Of a stretch of DNA of 64,000 nt, positions 27,720 to 38,353 are shown piece by piece; within the stretch, counting starts at the first letter, position 1; the number at the start of each line of letters is the position of its first letter. This DNA is from a virus, in the IMG/VR virus record IMGVR_UViG_3300027749_000062, positions 1-64,000 of that record; one strand, given 5' to 3'. The position numbers and the translations under genes were made by a program. A model generated the notes under the pieces. The model was not told the origin of the DNA and did no database searches. It saw only the letters and a list, made by a program, of their open reading frames with translations.

Positions 27720-28796
27720 TTAAGTATTTGGATATTCGGTGATAACAGTATTGTATGTGAAAGGATCAATTGGTCCATTATCACTTGTTACCGTTAGTAA
27801 ATCTTCTGTTCCGGTTTCGGTCATAATATCTTCTGAACCTGTATCTGCCGCTAAATCATCTTGAGATGGACCATATGCGGGTGTGATAACAATATTTGTA
27901 TATTTTTCAGTTACGATATTATAAGAATCAAAAGTCCATGTTGCATCTGTTATGGAACCAATTAGTTTTTGACCTGATATAAAATTACCATCTAAATTAC
28001 TTACTGTTAATTTTAAATTTAAATAGTCCCAATTGACAATCCTTGCACTTGCTGTCGCATAAGCAGGAGAAGCTCCCTGATATACCAATTCACCAATCTG
28101 ATAATCACCTGTTCCAAGAGGAGTAAGCGAAAATATCACAGTATCTCTGTCGGATATTGTATTGTATATATTAGTAATGGATGTTTTAATTACACCAGCG
28201 GTAGATGTTGCACCAAATATAAAACCTTTGACAGTGAAATTTAATGTCCAAATTACAGACCTTGTATCTGAACTATAATCACCTTCATATGTTACTTCAT
28301 ATTTTGTATCTTTTAAAATAACAGGAACTTCTTTAACGATTCCCATTTCAGGAATCATGTTGACCTTAATCGTATAATCTGGTGCAAAAAATGGTAAAAT
28401 ATGTTCGATAATTTGATTTCCGTCTTCAATGTTTCTTACATACAGATACAAAGAGAAATCAAAGTTATATGGAACAGGAACATATTGAGAAGAAGTTACG
28501 GCACCACTTTGATTGAATTGTTTTATGTTTGTCATCTGTTTTCTGGTCGAATCATAAGATAGGCCATTCATCTCATATGACATTCTAGGCAAAGTCATCA
28601 TAACTTTCTTGTCAAGGTTTGGGTCACCTTGTATACGCATTACATATAATTCTTTGGTTGCATATTCAATAGGAACAATGAATCTTTCTTGTTCCGAATC
28701 ATCTGCATTGTAACGAACCATTGTGATGTTCTTAAACAAATCACCAAAAGCAACAGTTATCTTTCTTATCATCCTATTGTAGTAAACATTTGCCAT
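27720..28796 (-). CDS. gp15: Tail sheath stabilizer / terminator
   Basis: IRKITVAFGDLF, TLPRMSYE, PVPYN.DF.L, QIIEHILPFF.P. Confidence 0.93.
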   Translation of the reverse strand: MANVYYNRMIRKITVAFGDLFKNITMVRYNADDSEQERFIVPIEYATKELYVMRIQGDPNLDKKVMMTLPRMSYEMNGLSYDSTRKQMTNIKQFNQSGAVTSSQYVPVPYNFDFSLYLYVRNIEDGNQIIEHILPFFAPDYTIKVNMIPEMGIVKEVPVILKDTKYEVTYEGDYSSDTRSVIWTLNFTVKGFIFGATSTAGVIKTSITNIYNTISDRDTVIFSLTPLGTGDYQIGELVYQGASPAYATASARIVNWDYLNLKLTVSNLDGNFISGQKLIGSITDATWTFDSYNIVTEKYTNIVITPAYGPSQDDLAADTGSEDIMTETGTEDLLTVTSDNGPIDPFTYNTVITEYPNT

Positions 28797-29680
28797 TATA
28801 AACCACCAATTGGATTAGTTTCTGTCGTGTTTATATAAGTGTTACCTTCTGATTGCAATAGACTGTTTGAATATGGTTCAAGATGTCCTGGATTATCTAA
28901 AGGATCATATGAAGATAATGTGAATCTGGCATTACTTGATTGGCCAATAATAGTTACACCATCGACAAATTCACCTGCAATGTATATAACAGAAAGTGTA
29001 TTAGTTGTTGGAATCCAAGTTTGTACAGTAGCAATTGTTGTTGCATTTGCATATGTATTATCAGGTGATTGATATACCAATTCTTTGAGTGTATAAGAAC
29101 CTGTACCAGCACCAACATTTAAATGTAGTGTATATGCAGAATCTGAAGAAGCAACATCTATATCTGCCATACCAGTAGAAATAATTTCTTGTGAATACTT
29201 GAATTTTTCCATTTCCAATTCGTAGTAGTATGGATTTCTTCTTCCCAATGTAAATCCATCTTTGTTTTGGTCAACATATTTAATCTCATACAATTCACCA
29301 CCACCGTTCAAAAATGGAACGTAAACTAAGTCACCTTCAATTGGTCTTAAATAAGTTGTTTGAGGTGTTCTTTGATAGAAAGCCTTGCGTGAAACTAGTA
29401 CATGGACTTGATTGCGTATTTCTAAACCAAATTTGGAAAAGAAATCTTTTTGTCCTTCTGTTCCCATAACACTAGACAAATACATCTCAACAGGAAATGC
29501 TGTGTTGAATTTCTTTACAGGATCTTCACCGTATAATAAATCTCTTGCTATAGAATTATCATTAGGAATATAGTACGCATCAAAGCCCTGAATCTTAATT
29601 GATTCAGCCATCAAATCATCAACGAGCCTTTGTTCGCTGTATTTGGCTTTGTAATTATTGAAATATGGTGATGTTGCCAT
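28796..29680 (-). CDS. gp14: Neck protein
   Basis: EQRLVDDL..ESIKIQG, YGEDP..KF, SKFGLEIR, RP.EGDLVY.P. Confidence 0.94.
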   Translation of the reverse strand: MATSPYFNNYKAKYSEQRLVDDLMAESIKIQGFDAYYIPNDNSIARDLLYGEDPVKKFNTAFPVEMYLSSVMGTEGQKDFFSKFGLEIRNQVHVLVSRKAFYQRTPQTTYLRPIEGDLVYVPFLNGGGELYEIKYVDQNKDGFTLGRRNPYYYELEMEKFKYSQEIISTGMADIDVASSDSAYTLHLNVGAGTGSYTLKELVYQSPDNTYANATTIATVQTWIPTTNTLSVIYIAGEFVDGVTIIGQSSNARFTLSSYDPLDNPGHLEPYSNSLLQSEGNTYINTTETNPIGGL

Positions 29681-29681
29681 T

Positions 29682-30455
29682 TTAGTTCATCATGAATTCT
29701 AGTGGGCCACCGTAATTTGTTTCCATTTCTTGATGGAGTTGTGATATTTCTTCAATAGCTTCATCAAATACTTCTTTGCCATTCAATGTTATTCCGCCGG
29801 GTAATTGAATACCTCCAAATTTCTTCATGTTCTCACCCCAATTTTTCTTAATTAAAGCAGTAGCATAAAGTTTTAGAAATCGGTCTTGCCAAATATTTGG
29901 ATATGAAGTTGGATTAATACCACCATAAGCTTCGGCAACAACTATTGTTCCTACAGGAGCTTCTTGGTCACCCCAAGCCCAATCGATATACAGTCTTTGT
30001 GTTACTCTATTCCAACGAATAGGAACTTCTCCTGTAAACATTATTTCCAATGAACGAAGATGTTGTTGAGTCAGAACATAATTGACATAGGATGCTGAGG
30101 TAAAGTCATATAGTTCATTCAAGCGGAGTTGGTATCTTAGGTCAAACATATTAACATTAGCCTGAGAATCATTAACTGGAAATATACGAGAGATACCAAC
30201 AATTTGTATTGCATTATTGCTTTCGTCCAAAACACCAGATGCACTCAAGTATCTATTATTAATATCTTGTTGTGTTACTGAATGAATCCAATAGAATTTT
30301 TGTGTGCCATCAAAATGATAATCTTGCCAATATTGAATTGCATCATCTACTCTATCTTCAATTTGGTCTTGATCCATGTTAATATCAATAACAGGCGCAC
30401 CTAATCTACGAAGGCAGTAATCTATAAATTCTTGTCTATTATTAATTGTTGGCAT
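29682..30455 (-). CDS. gp13: Neck protein
   Basis: YCLRRLGAPVIDIN, YHFDG, WGENMKKFGGIQLPGGITLNG. Confidence 0.95.
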   Translation of the reverse strand: MPTINNRQEFIDYCLRRLGAPVIDINMDQDQIEDRVDDAIQYWQDYHFDGTQKFYWIHSVTQQDINNRYLSASGVLDESNNAIQIVGISRIFPVNDSQANVNMFDLRYQLRLNELYDFTSASYVNYVLTQQHLRSLEIMFTGEVPIRWNRVTQRLYIDWAWGDQEAPVGTIVVAEAYGGINPTSYPNIWQDRFLKLYATALIKKNWGENMKKFGGIQLPGGITLNGKEVFDEAIEEISQLHQEMETNYGGPLEFMMN

Positions 30456-30505
30456 TGAAAAACTCCTATTATGTTCTATTTATCCAGAACATAATCATTA
30501 GTTAT

Positions 30506-30847
30506 TTAACTTAGAGACACCCAAGAAGTGGTTGATTCGTCCCAAGAATACATCTTATCATCATTATTTCTTGGAACTGGTGCTTGCCATAAACAAGTAT
30601 CTTCGTTCAATATCCAAGATGGAAATGGTTGTGGTGGTATGAAAGCGTCACGGTCGTTATCATATGTATAACCGACACCAGCATAATTCTTACGCAATGG
30701 TGTACCACCTTCATTATGAACACCACCATGTGTATTGTAACTTGTTTGAATCCATCCGTGACCCATTGCACCTGTATTAATAAAATCTTGCTCTGCAACA
30801 AGTACCTGTGTTACTATTCCGTTCTCTACTTTTGCAAAATGGCTCAT
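30506..30847 (-). CDS. Small fibre-associated protein (paralogue of 39003-39347)
   Basis: MSHFAKV...WIQTSYNT..GVH..GGTPLRKNYAGVGYTYD..RDAFIPPQPFPSW; follows a Gly-rich gene. Confidence 0.65.
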   Translation of the reverse strand: MSHFAKVENGIVTQVLVAEQDFINTGAMGHGWIQTSYNTHGGVHNEGGTPLRKNYAGVGYTYDNDRDAFIPPQPFPSWILNEDTCLWQAPVPRNNDDKMYSWDESTTSWVSLS

Positions 30848-30856
30848 GTGTTCTCC

Positions 30857-33800
30857 TTAACGAGCGTTAGCATACTTGAATGGGTTTTCGGCAAAGCAGG
30901 CGTAGATGTAAGTTCCGCCGCTTGTATTTTGCCGTACATCAGATGTTCTTATTTTGAATCCGTTGGACAGTGTGTCAATTGAATACGCACTTTCTTCTGC
31001 GTCAGAAGAATTTGGCTTTAATGTTAAATTTGCGGCGTTGTATGAAATTCGTGAGGAATCCCAAACAAACCAACTATCAATGTCATTGGTATGTTTAACT
31101 AATACAAACCGTGGACGGAATCCCGTGTACACAAACGGCCCATCACTTGAGCCGTTGCCCGTGTAGCTACCAAATGCGCTGTACCCTGCTATTGCGGAAA
31201 AAACGTAGGCAACATAGGTTCCAGCACTTGCGTTGATACCAGAAAAAGCGCCAATACCAAATACAGATGAGGTCGGGCCACCATTCCAGTAGCTTGCTGT
31301 TGTTGCTTGCGCAGCGGTGCTATTCAAATACAAATAACTTGTCGTTGGGTTAGTTAATGAACTGTGATAGGTAAGCCAATTTTCAGACCCAGAATTGCGC
31401 TGCTTCACAATAATCATGCTTGGCGTTACACCCAACCCGTGACCAACAGTGGCAGCGGTATTTGTACCCGTATAGGTAACCACGCTGAACCCAGCCGTAG
31501 GATTTGCGCTCACCGTGCTGGTGATAGAGCCGCTGGTGTTGGATACGCCTGCGCCGTTGGCTTTCCATTGCCAGCCAATGTAGGTTGAACCAGACAAGTT
31601 ACTGTCTGTTGCGCTGCCAGTTGTATTGTTGCCTAAATTAAACCCGTTTGAGTTAAAGGCAATCAGGTCACCACCAGAACCAGTTCCGTTATTTCTTTCA
31701 GCGTCAGTGATATTGCTAGTTAATACGACTCCAGCGCCTCTAAGAACATCAAATAAACCAGAGCTAGCCGCCGCACTTCGCTTCTTAATCCAAACCCAAT
31801 CAGGCTGAAATACTGTGCCATTGACCGTGTTGACAATGCTCTGAGTAGAACCATTGCCCGTGTAGGTCGTAGCCGCCATTTGCGTTGCGCCATTTGGTAT
31901 CGTAGGCGTGGACAGGTTGTAAGTGTTCAGCGCAACAAAGCCGCTTGGTGGGGTGTAGGTGAAGCCTTGTTGACCGAAGTTGGCGGAAATCGCTACAGAA
32001 TTTTCTGGCCTACAAGCAAATGCAAGCGGGCCTGTTCCTGCGACTATGCCGATTTGGTTTGTGCCAGCCGCTGGGTTTCCGCTTGAAATCCAAGTGTTAT
32101 TTTTGGCAAACCATACCTTGCGAGTTGCCCCGTCAAAAGCAATACCAAGCACATCACCAGACGCAAACGTAGCGGCCGATGAAGAAGTGGAGCCATTTAT
32201 AAAGTAGCTACTGTTGTCCCATGCAATTACCCCGCTGACGTTCATCGAACCGCTTGGAGAAATATTGGCAACAGTAATATCTGCAACAGCAACAGTAGGG
32301 TATGTTGTGTTTGAAAGCGTTAATTCTGCATACCAAAGTCCTGAACCTTGTGAAGCAATTGTGGACATAAACGCACCGCTTGGGTAATTTGGCCCTTGCG
32401 CTGTTAAATTCCCATTGGTTAAATATATTGTTGAAATATTATCTTTTCTCAATGGATTCCAAGTAGCGTAATTCGCCACTGTCGCGCTTGTCAGCGTTGG
32501 CACATCCGTCATGGAGTCGTAGGTTGTGCCAGTAGTCACGCTGATGTTGTTCGTCGTCCAGTTGTTGCCCTGCGGGCTGGTGTCGTAGCCCAGCGTGGTG
32601 GTCGATGTGTTGTTGCCGAAGGTCAGATAGAACCCGTTCGTGCCATACGAGCCGCCGTAGGTGATGGGTTGCCATACGCCGTAGCTGTTGAACGTGCCAA
32701 AACTGGATGGTGTCAGGGCTGCGCCGTCAATGAAGTTGACCTCAGCAAGATAGCCATCAAAATTTTCAGTGCTGGACGATGAACATCCTAAGTAATGGGC
32801 AATTGCGCTGTTGAATTGCGTATCAAAATTTTGTGATGGGTAGTTGGTGGCAGAAAATGAAGTAACTACAACTCCATTAACATAAATCAAAATACGATTT
32901 GATGCTGTTGCTTGCGTGGTGTCAACCGCAACTACTATGTGATACCAAGCAGATGGGTCACGATAAAGCGCAGTAGTGTAAGTTCCACCGGAAACTCCAG
33001 CGCTAAATGATACTTGAATAGCATTTGTTGAATCTAAAATAATACCACCCCAAGGAGAACCGCTATGCGCTGTAAAAAGAAATTGCGCCGCGCCTGTAGC
33101 AAGATTTCCGCGCTTAACCCAACCGCTCCATGTCCATGTTTTTTGGTTGGATGCTTTAGCGGGAGTTCGGTTCAAATAAGAATTGTTGGTGCTACGGAAC
33201 CGCAGTGAACGGCTTGCGTACTTGATGGGCGTTAGGTATCCGCTGGAGGTAAATGTGTGGATGACATTGCCGCCAGAGATGGTCACTGTGCCACCAGCCA
33301 TCTGCTGGGTAGAGCCGGCGTAAGAAATGATGACTACGCCAGAGCCGCCGTTACCGCCGGTGCCTGAAACATAAGAACCACCGCCGCCGCCGCCAGTACC
33401 GGCTGTTCCACTGGTGCCGGTTGTTGTGCCACTTCCTGCGCCTCCACCGCCGGCGCCGCCGGTGCCCGCAGTGCCACTACCATAACTACCGCCGCCGCCA
33501 CCGCCAGCATAGGTAACGCTTGAACCACTAATACTGCTTGCCGTGCCTGCACCGCCATTACCTGAAATTGAACCACCAGAACCATTTCCTCCAACTGCAC
33601 TAGCGCCACCGCCACCACCAGCGGGATAAGGAGAAGATAGTTGAGTTCCATTGCTGCCGCCATTATTACCTTGACTTGGGCTGGTACTTGGAGTATTTCC
33701 TGATCCTCCATTTGTTATAGAATTTGAAAATCCGCCACCGCCGCCACCAGATCCACCAGATCCGCCGGACAGTTCTCCACTATTTCCAATTCGTGCGCCG

Positions 33801-34891
33801 TTGCCGCCACCAGCTGAAGTAATATTTAAAAAAACTGAATTAGCGCCATTAGTTGATGCCGGTGTTCCGCTGCCACCAACTCCTCCACTTCCTCCACTGC
33901 CAACGGTGATTACATAATTAGAGTTGGTATCAATCGTGACCCCAGTACCAGTGCGAAAACCTCCAGCACCACCGCCGCCTGAAGCGCCTCCGCCACCACC
34001 ACCAACAACAAGATATTGTGCTGTCAGTGAAGACAAAGGCAACAGAGTTCCTGATGTGTTAAATATGTGAATTGTGTTTGTGCCATCAGTTGTGACAACT
34101 CCGCCACCGAATTGCTGTGCGCCAACGTAGGAGATGATTACGACACCGGAGCCTCCGTTGCCGCCCGTTGTACCACTAACTGATGCTCCACCGCCACCAC
34201 CACCAAGGTTTGCTGTACCGGAGCTACCAGCACCAGAGGATGCACCATTGCCACCACCGCCATTACCACCTGTGCCTCGAGTTGATTGAGTTGTAGCACC
34301 GCCTCCACCGCCACCAGCATAGTAGGTAGATGTGCCTGAGATGCTATTTGCAGTACCTACGCCACCAGCACCAGATTGCCCATTTACACCGGCAGCACCG
34401 ACCGCCGAAGAACCGCCGCCACCACCAGTTGCACTGTAAGAAGCATTGTCCGTAATACCTTGTCCACCAGCGTAACCTTGCACTGGGGATGTAGATGGTG
34501 TGTTTCCAGCGCCGCCAGCGGCTGGTGTTCCATCAGGGCCACCACCACTACCAGAACCACCAGCAACGCCTACGTTACTAGCGGTAACTCCTCCCCCACC
34601 TCCTGCCGAAGTGGTTGCGTTAAATGTGGAATCACTACCAGATGCACCAGTACTATTTGCACCAGCACCTCCAGCGCCAACTGTGACTGTGTAAGACAGT
34701 GATGGGTTTAATGATGCTGTTCCCGTCCGATAACCGCCCGCGCCCCCTCCGCTACCGCCGTGAGAAGCAACGCCTCCACCACCCGCGCCCCCGCCAGCAA
34801 CTACAAGATAACTGACGGTAACCGATTGCAGTCCAGTCCACCCAAAGGCAGCAAGTGCGGCCGCTCCAATTTTCGATAAACGTGGCATCAA
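30857..34891 (-). CDS. Large receptor-binding/fibre protein (two Gly-rich domains, LamG, SPRY-like, C-terminal repeats)
   Basis: YLVVAGGG...GGSGVVII units, RDPSAWYHIVVAVDTTQ (LamG), WYAE...GIAFDG (SPRY), YIYACFAENPFK. Confidence 0.75.
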   Translation of the reverse strand: MMPRLSKIGAAALAAFGWTGLQSVTVSYLVVAGGGAGGGGVASHGGSGGGAGGYRTGTASLNPSLSYTVTVGAGGAGANSTGASGSDSTFNATTSAGGGGGVTASNVGVAGGSGSGGGPDGTPAAGGAGNTPSTSPVQGYAGGQGITDNASYSATGGGGGSSAVGAAGVNGQSGAGGVGTANSISGTSTYYAGGGGGGATTQSTRGTGGNGGGGNGASSGAGSSGTANLGGGGGGASVSGTTGGNGGSGVVIISYVGAQQFGGGVVTTDGTNTIHIFNTSGTLLPLSSLTAQYLVVGGGGGGASGGGGAGGFRTGTGVTIDTNSNYVITVGSGGSGGVGGSGTPASTNGANSVFLNITSAGGGNGARIGNSGELSGGSGGSGGGGGGFSNSITNGGSGNTPSTSPSQGNNGGSNGTQLSSPYPAGGGGGASAVGGNGSGGSISGNGGAGTASSISGSSVTYAGGGGGGSYGSGTAGTGGAGGGGAGSGTTTGTSGTAGTGGGGGGSYVSGTGGNGGSGVVIISYAGSTQQMAGGTVTISGGNVIHTFTSSGYLTPIKYASRSLRFRSTNNSYLNRTPAKASNQKTWTWSGWVKRGNLATGAAQFLFTAHSGSPWGGIILDSTNAIQVSFSAGVSGGTYTTALYRDPSAWYHIVVAVDTTQATASNRILIYVNGVVVTSFSATNYPSQNFDTQFNSAIAHYLGCSSSSTENFDGYLAEVNFIDGAALTPSSFGTFNSYGVWQPITYGGSYGTNGFYLTFGNNTSTTTLGYDTSPQGNNWTTNNISVTTGTTYDSMTDVPTLTSATVANYATWNPLRKDNISTIYLTNGNLTAQGPNYPSGAFMSTIASQGSGLWYAELTLSNTTYPTVAVADITVANISPSGSMNVSGVIAWDNSSYFINGSTSSSAATFASGDVLGIAFDGATRKVWFAKNNTWISSGNPAAGTNQIGIVAGTGPLAFACRPENSVAISANFGQQGFTYTPPSGFVALNTYNLSTPTIPNGATQMAATTYTGNGSTQSIVNTVNGTVFQPDWVWIKKRSAAASSGLFDVLRGAGVVLTSNITDAERNNGTGSGGDLIAFNSNGFNLGNNTTGSATDSNLSGSTYIGWQWKANGAGVSNTSGSITSTVSANPTAGFSVVTYTGTNTAATVGHGLGVTPSMIIVKQRNSGSENWLTYHSSLTNPTTSYLYLNSTAAQATTASYWNGGPTSSVFGIGAFSGINASAGTYVAYVFSAIAGYSAFGSYTGNGSSDGPFVYTGFRPRFVLVKHTNDIDSWFVWDSSRISYNAANLTLKPNSSDAEESAYSIDTLSNGFKIRTSDVRQNTSGGTYIYACFAENPFKYANAR

Positions 34892-34898
34892 TTATCCT

Positions 34899-35393
34899 TT
34901 ATGCAAATTTTGTCAACGAAGCCAACACAACAAAAGTTGCACTTCCAGTTTTCTGAATAACATATGTATAACAGTCAATAGAACTTGCATTACCACTTGT
35001 TGGCGCAGAACCGCCTTGCCATTTAGGTGTTACTGAATTACCGTCAATTGTCACGGCACTATTATAATATGCTGTAGAACCTTGAGTAACTAGAAAAGTA
35101 GCAGAAGCAACTTCACCAGTTGCAAGCATAGAGTCCAAACTGTTACCACTTGAAGCTCGAAAATTAAGTGTCCAGTTTCCGGATGCGTTAGTGCTATAAT
35201 ACATTACAGATTGAGTAGCCAAATCATAGTTAACTGTACCTGTAGCAGCAGTCGCAGCAATCGTATCAACTTCAGCAATGCTTGACGTTTTAATAGAAGG
35301 CAGACTTGACGAACCAGTAAAAATAATGGTGTCAGTATTTTGTTGTTCTTGTATTGATGTTCCGTTAAGAACCAATGTGTATCTAGTTGTCAT
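34899..35393 (-). CDS. Fibre adaptor protein
   Basis: C-terminal PKWQGGSAPTSGNASSIDCYTY beta domain typical of phage fibre proteins. Confidence 0.55.
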   Translation of the reverse strand: MTTRYTLVLNGTSIQEQQNTDTIIFTGSSSLPSIKTSSIAEVDTIAATAATGTVNYDLATQSVMYYSTNASGNWTLNFRASSGNSLDSMLATGEVASATFLVTQGSTAYYNSAVTIDGNSVTPKWQGGSAPTSGNASSIDCYTYVIQKTGSATFVVLASLTKFA

Positions 35394-35401
35394 ATTTTTC
35401 C

Positions 35402-35824
35402 TTAACTTACTGGCACGTTAATTGTAGAACCTGAGCGATTCAAAATTGGCAATAAACCGTTACCAACAGGTATACTAATTGAGGAACCTGCTCTATTTAG
35501 GACGTATAAAGTAGTAGGTAATGTGCTCCAGCTAGCAGTAGTTCCATTTGTTTTTAAGAAATTATTCGCATAACCTGTTTGCGAAGGTAATGGAGAAAAA
35601 GTAGTCCATGCTGGAGGTGAATCTCCTCCACTGATTAGTACTTGTCCTGAAGTACCATATGCAGTATTACTCGTACCAAATGCAATACCTCCATTGGAAG
35701 TCAAAGTAACTACAGTTACATTATTACCTGTTTGAAATTGCAAAGAGCCGGTACTATCGGCACTTGTTTTAAGTCCTGGTACTCCTGTTATTAATCCTGA
35801 ATCTGCTGATATAATGCTAGACAT
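35402..35824 (-). CDS. Fibre adaptor protein
   Basis: SADSTGSLQFQTG N-module, GTSGQVL.S.G and LPSQTG...FLKTNGT..SW fibre repeats. Confidence 0.55.
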   Translation of the reverse strand: MSSIISADSGLITGVPGLKTSADSTGSLQFQTGNNVTVVTLTSNGGIAFGTSNTAYGTSGQVLISGGDSPPAWTTFSPLPSQTGYANNFLKTNGTTASWSTLPTTLYVLNRAGSSISIPVGNGLLPILNRSGSTINVPVS

Positions 35825-35832
35825 TTTTTTCC

Positions 35833-36963
35833 TTATGCTGTGTATGTGCCGCTGGAGGTGAACGTGTGGATTGTGTTTCCACCAGAAGATGTTACTGTAC
35901 CGCCAGAACCGCGTTGTGAACCGGAGTAACTGATGATTACGATACCGGAGCCGCCATTGCCACCAATTCTTCCATTACTTCCGGCATTACCACCGCCGCC
36001 GCCGCCACCGCCAAGATTTGTAGTGCCAGCAACTCCATTTGCGCCGTTGTAAACAGCCCCGGCTCCACCACCGCCAGCGCCGCCTGCTCCGTTGGTTCCC
36101 CCGTTGATACCACCACCTCCACCACCACCAGCGTAATATGTGGAAGTACCTGAAATTGAAGAAGCAAGGCCAGCGCCGCCTGCACCAGAATTAGAGGTAC
36201 TAGAACCGCCTACTGCGCCAGCGCCACCACCGCCGCTGCACCCGTTTCCGCCACTGGCAGTTCCACCTGCATTACCTTGCCCTGCTGTGCCAGCGTAACC
36301 ACTGGTAGCGGGGCCACCGCCGCTTCCAGAACCGCCAGCAATTCCGTTACCAGTGCCTCCGCCAATTGCAGTAAGAGAACTAAGAACTGAATTGCCGCCT
36401 GCTGTTGCGGTGTAGGTGCCATCTCCTGTTCCACCAGCGCCAATGGTGACGGCATATGCAGTTCCCGAAGCAAGACTCAAAGAACTGCCCGACAACAACC
36501 CACCAGCCCCGGCTCCGCCACCTGCTGGCCCATAACCGCCCCCGCCGCCAGCCACAACTAAATAGCTAACTGCGTATGTAGTAACAATTGAACCCCAGTA
36601 GGAGCCGTTGTACAGTTCAAATGAAGACGTTGTGGAGTTGTAGCGAATCATGCCAGCCACTGCTGTGGGCTGCTGTGCAGTAGTGCCGATGGGCAATGTC
36701 AATGCACCCGTGCTATTCAAGGTGACGTTCTGGCTCGTGTCGATGGTGACCGCAGTCGTTCCTGCGCTTTTTATTGTTAGTGCCGTAGCTGCTGCTGAAC
36801 CAATAGTATTTACCGTAGCTGTGCCTGCAAAGGTAGTGTTCCGGCTTGCATCTATGGTGACCGCAGTTGTTCCTGCCGTTTGGAATGCAAGGACTCCTGA
36901 GGCATCTGCGGTCTGTATTAAACCACCTGTACCTGTATTGCTGGCGTTGATTGTTGTGGTCAT
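35833..36963 (-). CDS. Gly-rich fibre/adhesin protein
   Basis: TADASGVLAFQT N-module, LP.GTTAQQP...GMIRYN module, Gly-rich domain ending HTFTSSGTYTA. Confidence 0.65.
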   Translation of the reverse strand: MTTTINASNTGTGGLIQTADASGVLAFQTAGTTAVTIDASRNTTFAGTATVNTIGSAAATALTIKSAGTTAVTIDTSQNVTLNSTGALTLPIGTTAQQPTAVAGMIRYNSTTSSFELYNGSYWGSIVTTYAVSYLVVAGGGGGYGPAGGGAGAGGLLSGSSLSLASGTAYAVTIGAGGTGDGTYTATAGGNSVLSSLTAIGGGTGNGIAGGSGSGGGPATSGYAGTAGQGNAGGTASGGNGCSGGGGAGAVGGSSTSNSGAGGAGLASSISGTSTYYAGGGGGGGINGGTNGAGGAGGGGAGAVYNGANGVAGTTNLGGGGGGGGNAGSNGRIGGNGGSGIVIISYSGSQRGSGGTVTSSGGNTIHTFTSSGTYTA

Positions 36964-37130
36964 GCTGGTGTATCCGCTGGTTCAGGTGTATTACCTTCAG
37001 CAAGCCATTCTAGGTAGGCTTCAGCAGTAACTAAACAAGATTCCTGCTTGCCATCAGACCATTCACGCCACACAACATTTTCTTGTTGAGTCGTTGGGTC
37101 TTTAACTAATTTCCAAATTGGTGTTGTCAT
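36960..37130 (-). CDS. 56-aa fibre-associated small protein (absent from ORF track)
   Basis: MTTPIWKLVKDPTTQQENVVWREWSDGKQESCLVTAEAYLEWLAEGNTPEPADTPA*; overlaps both neighbouring genes (ATGA junctions). Confidence 0.8.
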   Translation of the reverse strand: MTTPIWKLVKDPTTQQENVVWREWSDGKQESCLVTAEAYLEWLAEGNTPEPADTPA

Positions 37131-38344
37131 AATTCACATCCTGTCGCAATAATTAAACTAGTCGCACTACTGCTTTGTAAAGAAGTTGCATTTCCAATAG
37201 TAAGACCACTTGAACCAGTTACATTTAAGGCAAAAGTTGACAAATTTGTTCCAGTTCCATAAATAGCTACTGTTCCTGCGGCAGAAGTTCCATAATTAGC
37301 TGGTATCACAGCAAAAGTTCCACTAGTCGTTATTCCTGTTGCCGCTACTCTAGGCTGAACAGGATAAGGTGCTGTAAAAATAGCCGCAGTTGATGCATAA
37401 CATTGTCCCGCAAACGGGAAATTGCTACTTGCACCAGAAACAGACCAAGCAGGACAATATCTCTGACATAAAGCCAACTCAGTACCATACGGGCGGTAAT
37501 CAAACGATGTAGCTGTGCTGCCTTTTTCTAGCTGTACGCCTGTGATGTAGAACGTGGCTCCGCTTGTGCCGACTACGCTGGTTGCGCCTGTAGCAGAACG
37601 ATAATCACCAGCCGCCCATGCTCCAGCCGTTCCGCTAAAAGTAGAGCCTACACCCAATCCAAAATTAACATAAACCCCAACCCCATTAGTTGCCCCCGCC
37701 CAAGTTCCAGTAGTATCACCAGCAATTGTTATGCTGATTGTTGTCCATGTATTTGCTGAAGAGATGGTGTATGTAAAAGGATATGACCTATTAAAACTTG
37801 ACCCATTTCCTAAACTTCCACCAAAAGTTCCAGTAAGTGATGAATAAACTCTAAAAGATAATGTAACTGTCTGTGCGTTTGCAGTACCCCAAGCCATATC
37901 TGCAAAATTAAACCCTTCAATTGCTTGAATAAATGTGTAAATGCTTCCAGCAACTATTGAAAATGCCGATTGGGATGTTATTCCAAAATAGTTATTAAAT
38001 CCAACTGGAGGAGTTACCGAGCCAGCATTTTGTTGCCCAACAACTTTACCAGTTGTCGGGTATTGAACAACTTGCCATCTATCTACCGTGTATCCACTAA
38101 TAGTATTCGCCGTTGCCGCCCCCGCATTACGCTGGTCAATCACCATCGCACCATTGATGATGCGGTTCTTGAAGCCAAAGGTGTTTGGCAGGTTTGCGTA
38201 GCCAGCAAAGGTGGCATTTTGCGAAGTATCCAGTGTGAGCGCAGTCGTGCCGTTGTTGGTCTGCAATACCAACGCACCTGTGGTATCAGCAGTAGCAACC
38301 AAACCGGTACTGGATGTTGTTCCTGCAGAAATACTTGATGCCAT
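37127..38344 (-). CDS. Fibre protein with a carbohydrate-binding-like jelly-roll domain
   Basis: FKNRIINGAMVIDQR...DRW...ITGVQLEKGSTATSFDYRPYGTELALCQRY. Confidence 0.65.
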   Translation of the reverse strand: MASSISAGTTSSTGLVATADTTGALVLQTNNGTTALTLDTSQNATFAGYANLPNTFGFKNRIINGAMVIDQRNAGAATANTISGYTVDRWQVVQYPTTGKVVGQQNAGSVTPPVGFNNYFGITSQSAFSIVAGSIYTFIQAIEGFNFADMAWGTANAQTVTLSFRVYSSLTGTFGGSLGNGSSFNRSYPFTYTISSANTWTTISITIAGDTTGTWAGATNGVGVYVNFGLGVGSTFSGTAGAWAAGDYRSATGATSVVGTSGATFYITGVQLEKGSTATSFDYRPYGTELALCQRYCPAWSVSGASSNFPFAGQCYASTAAIFTAPYPVQPRVAATGITTSGTFAVIPANYGTSAAGTVAIYGTGTNLSTFALNVTGSSGLTIGNATSLQSSSATSLIIATGCEL

Positions 38345-38353
38345 TTATTATCC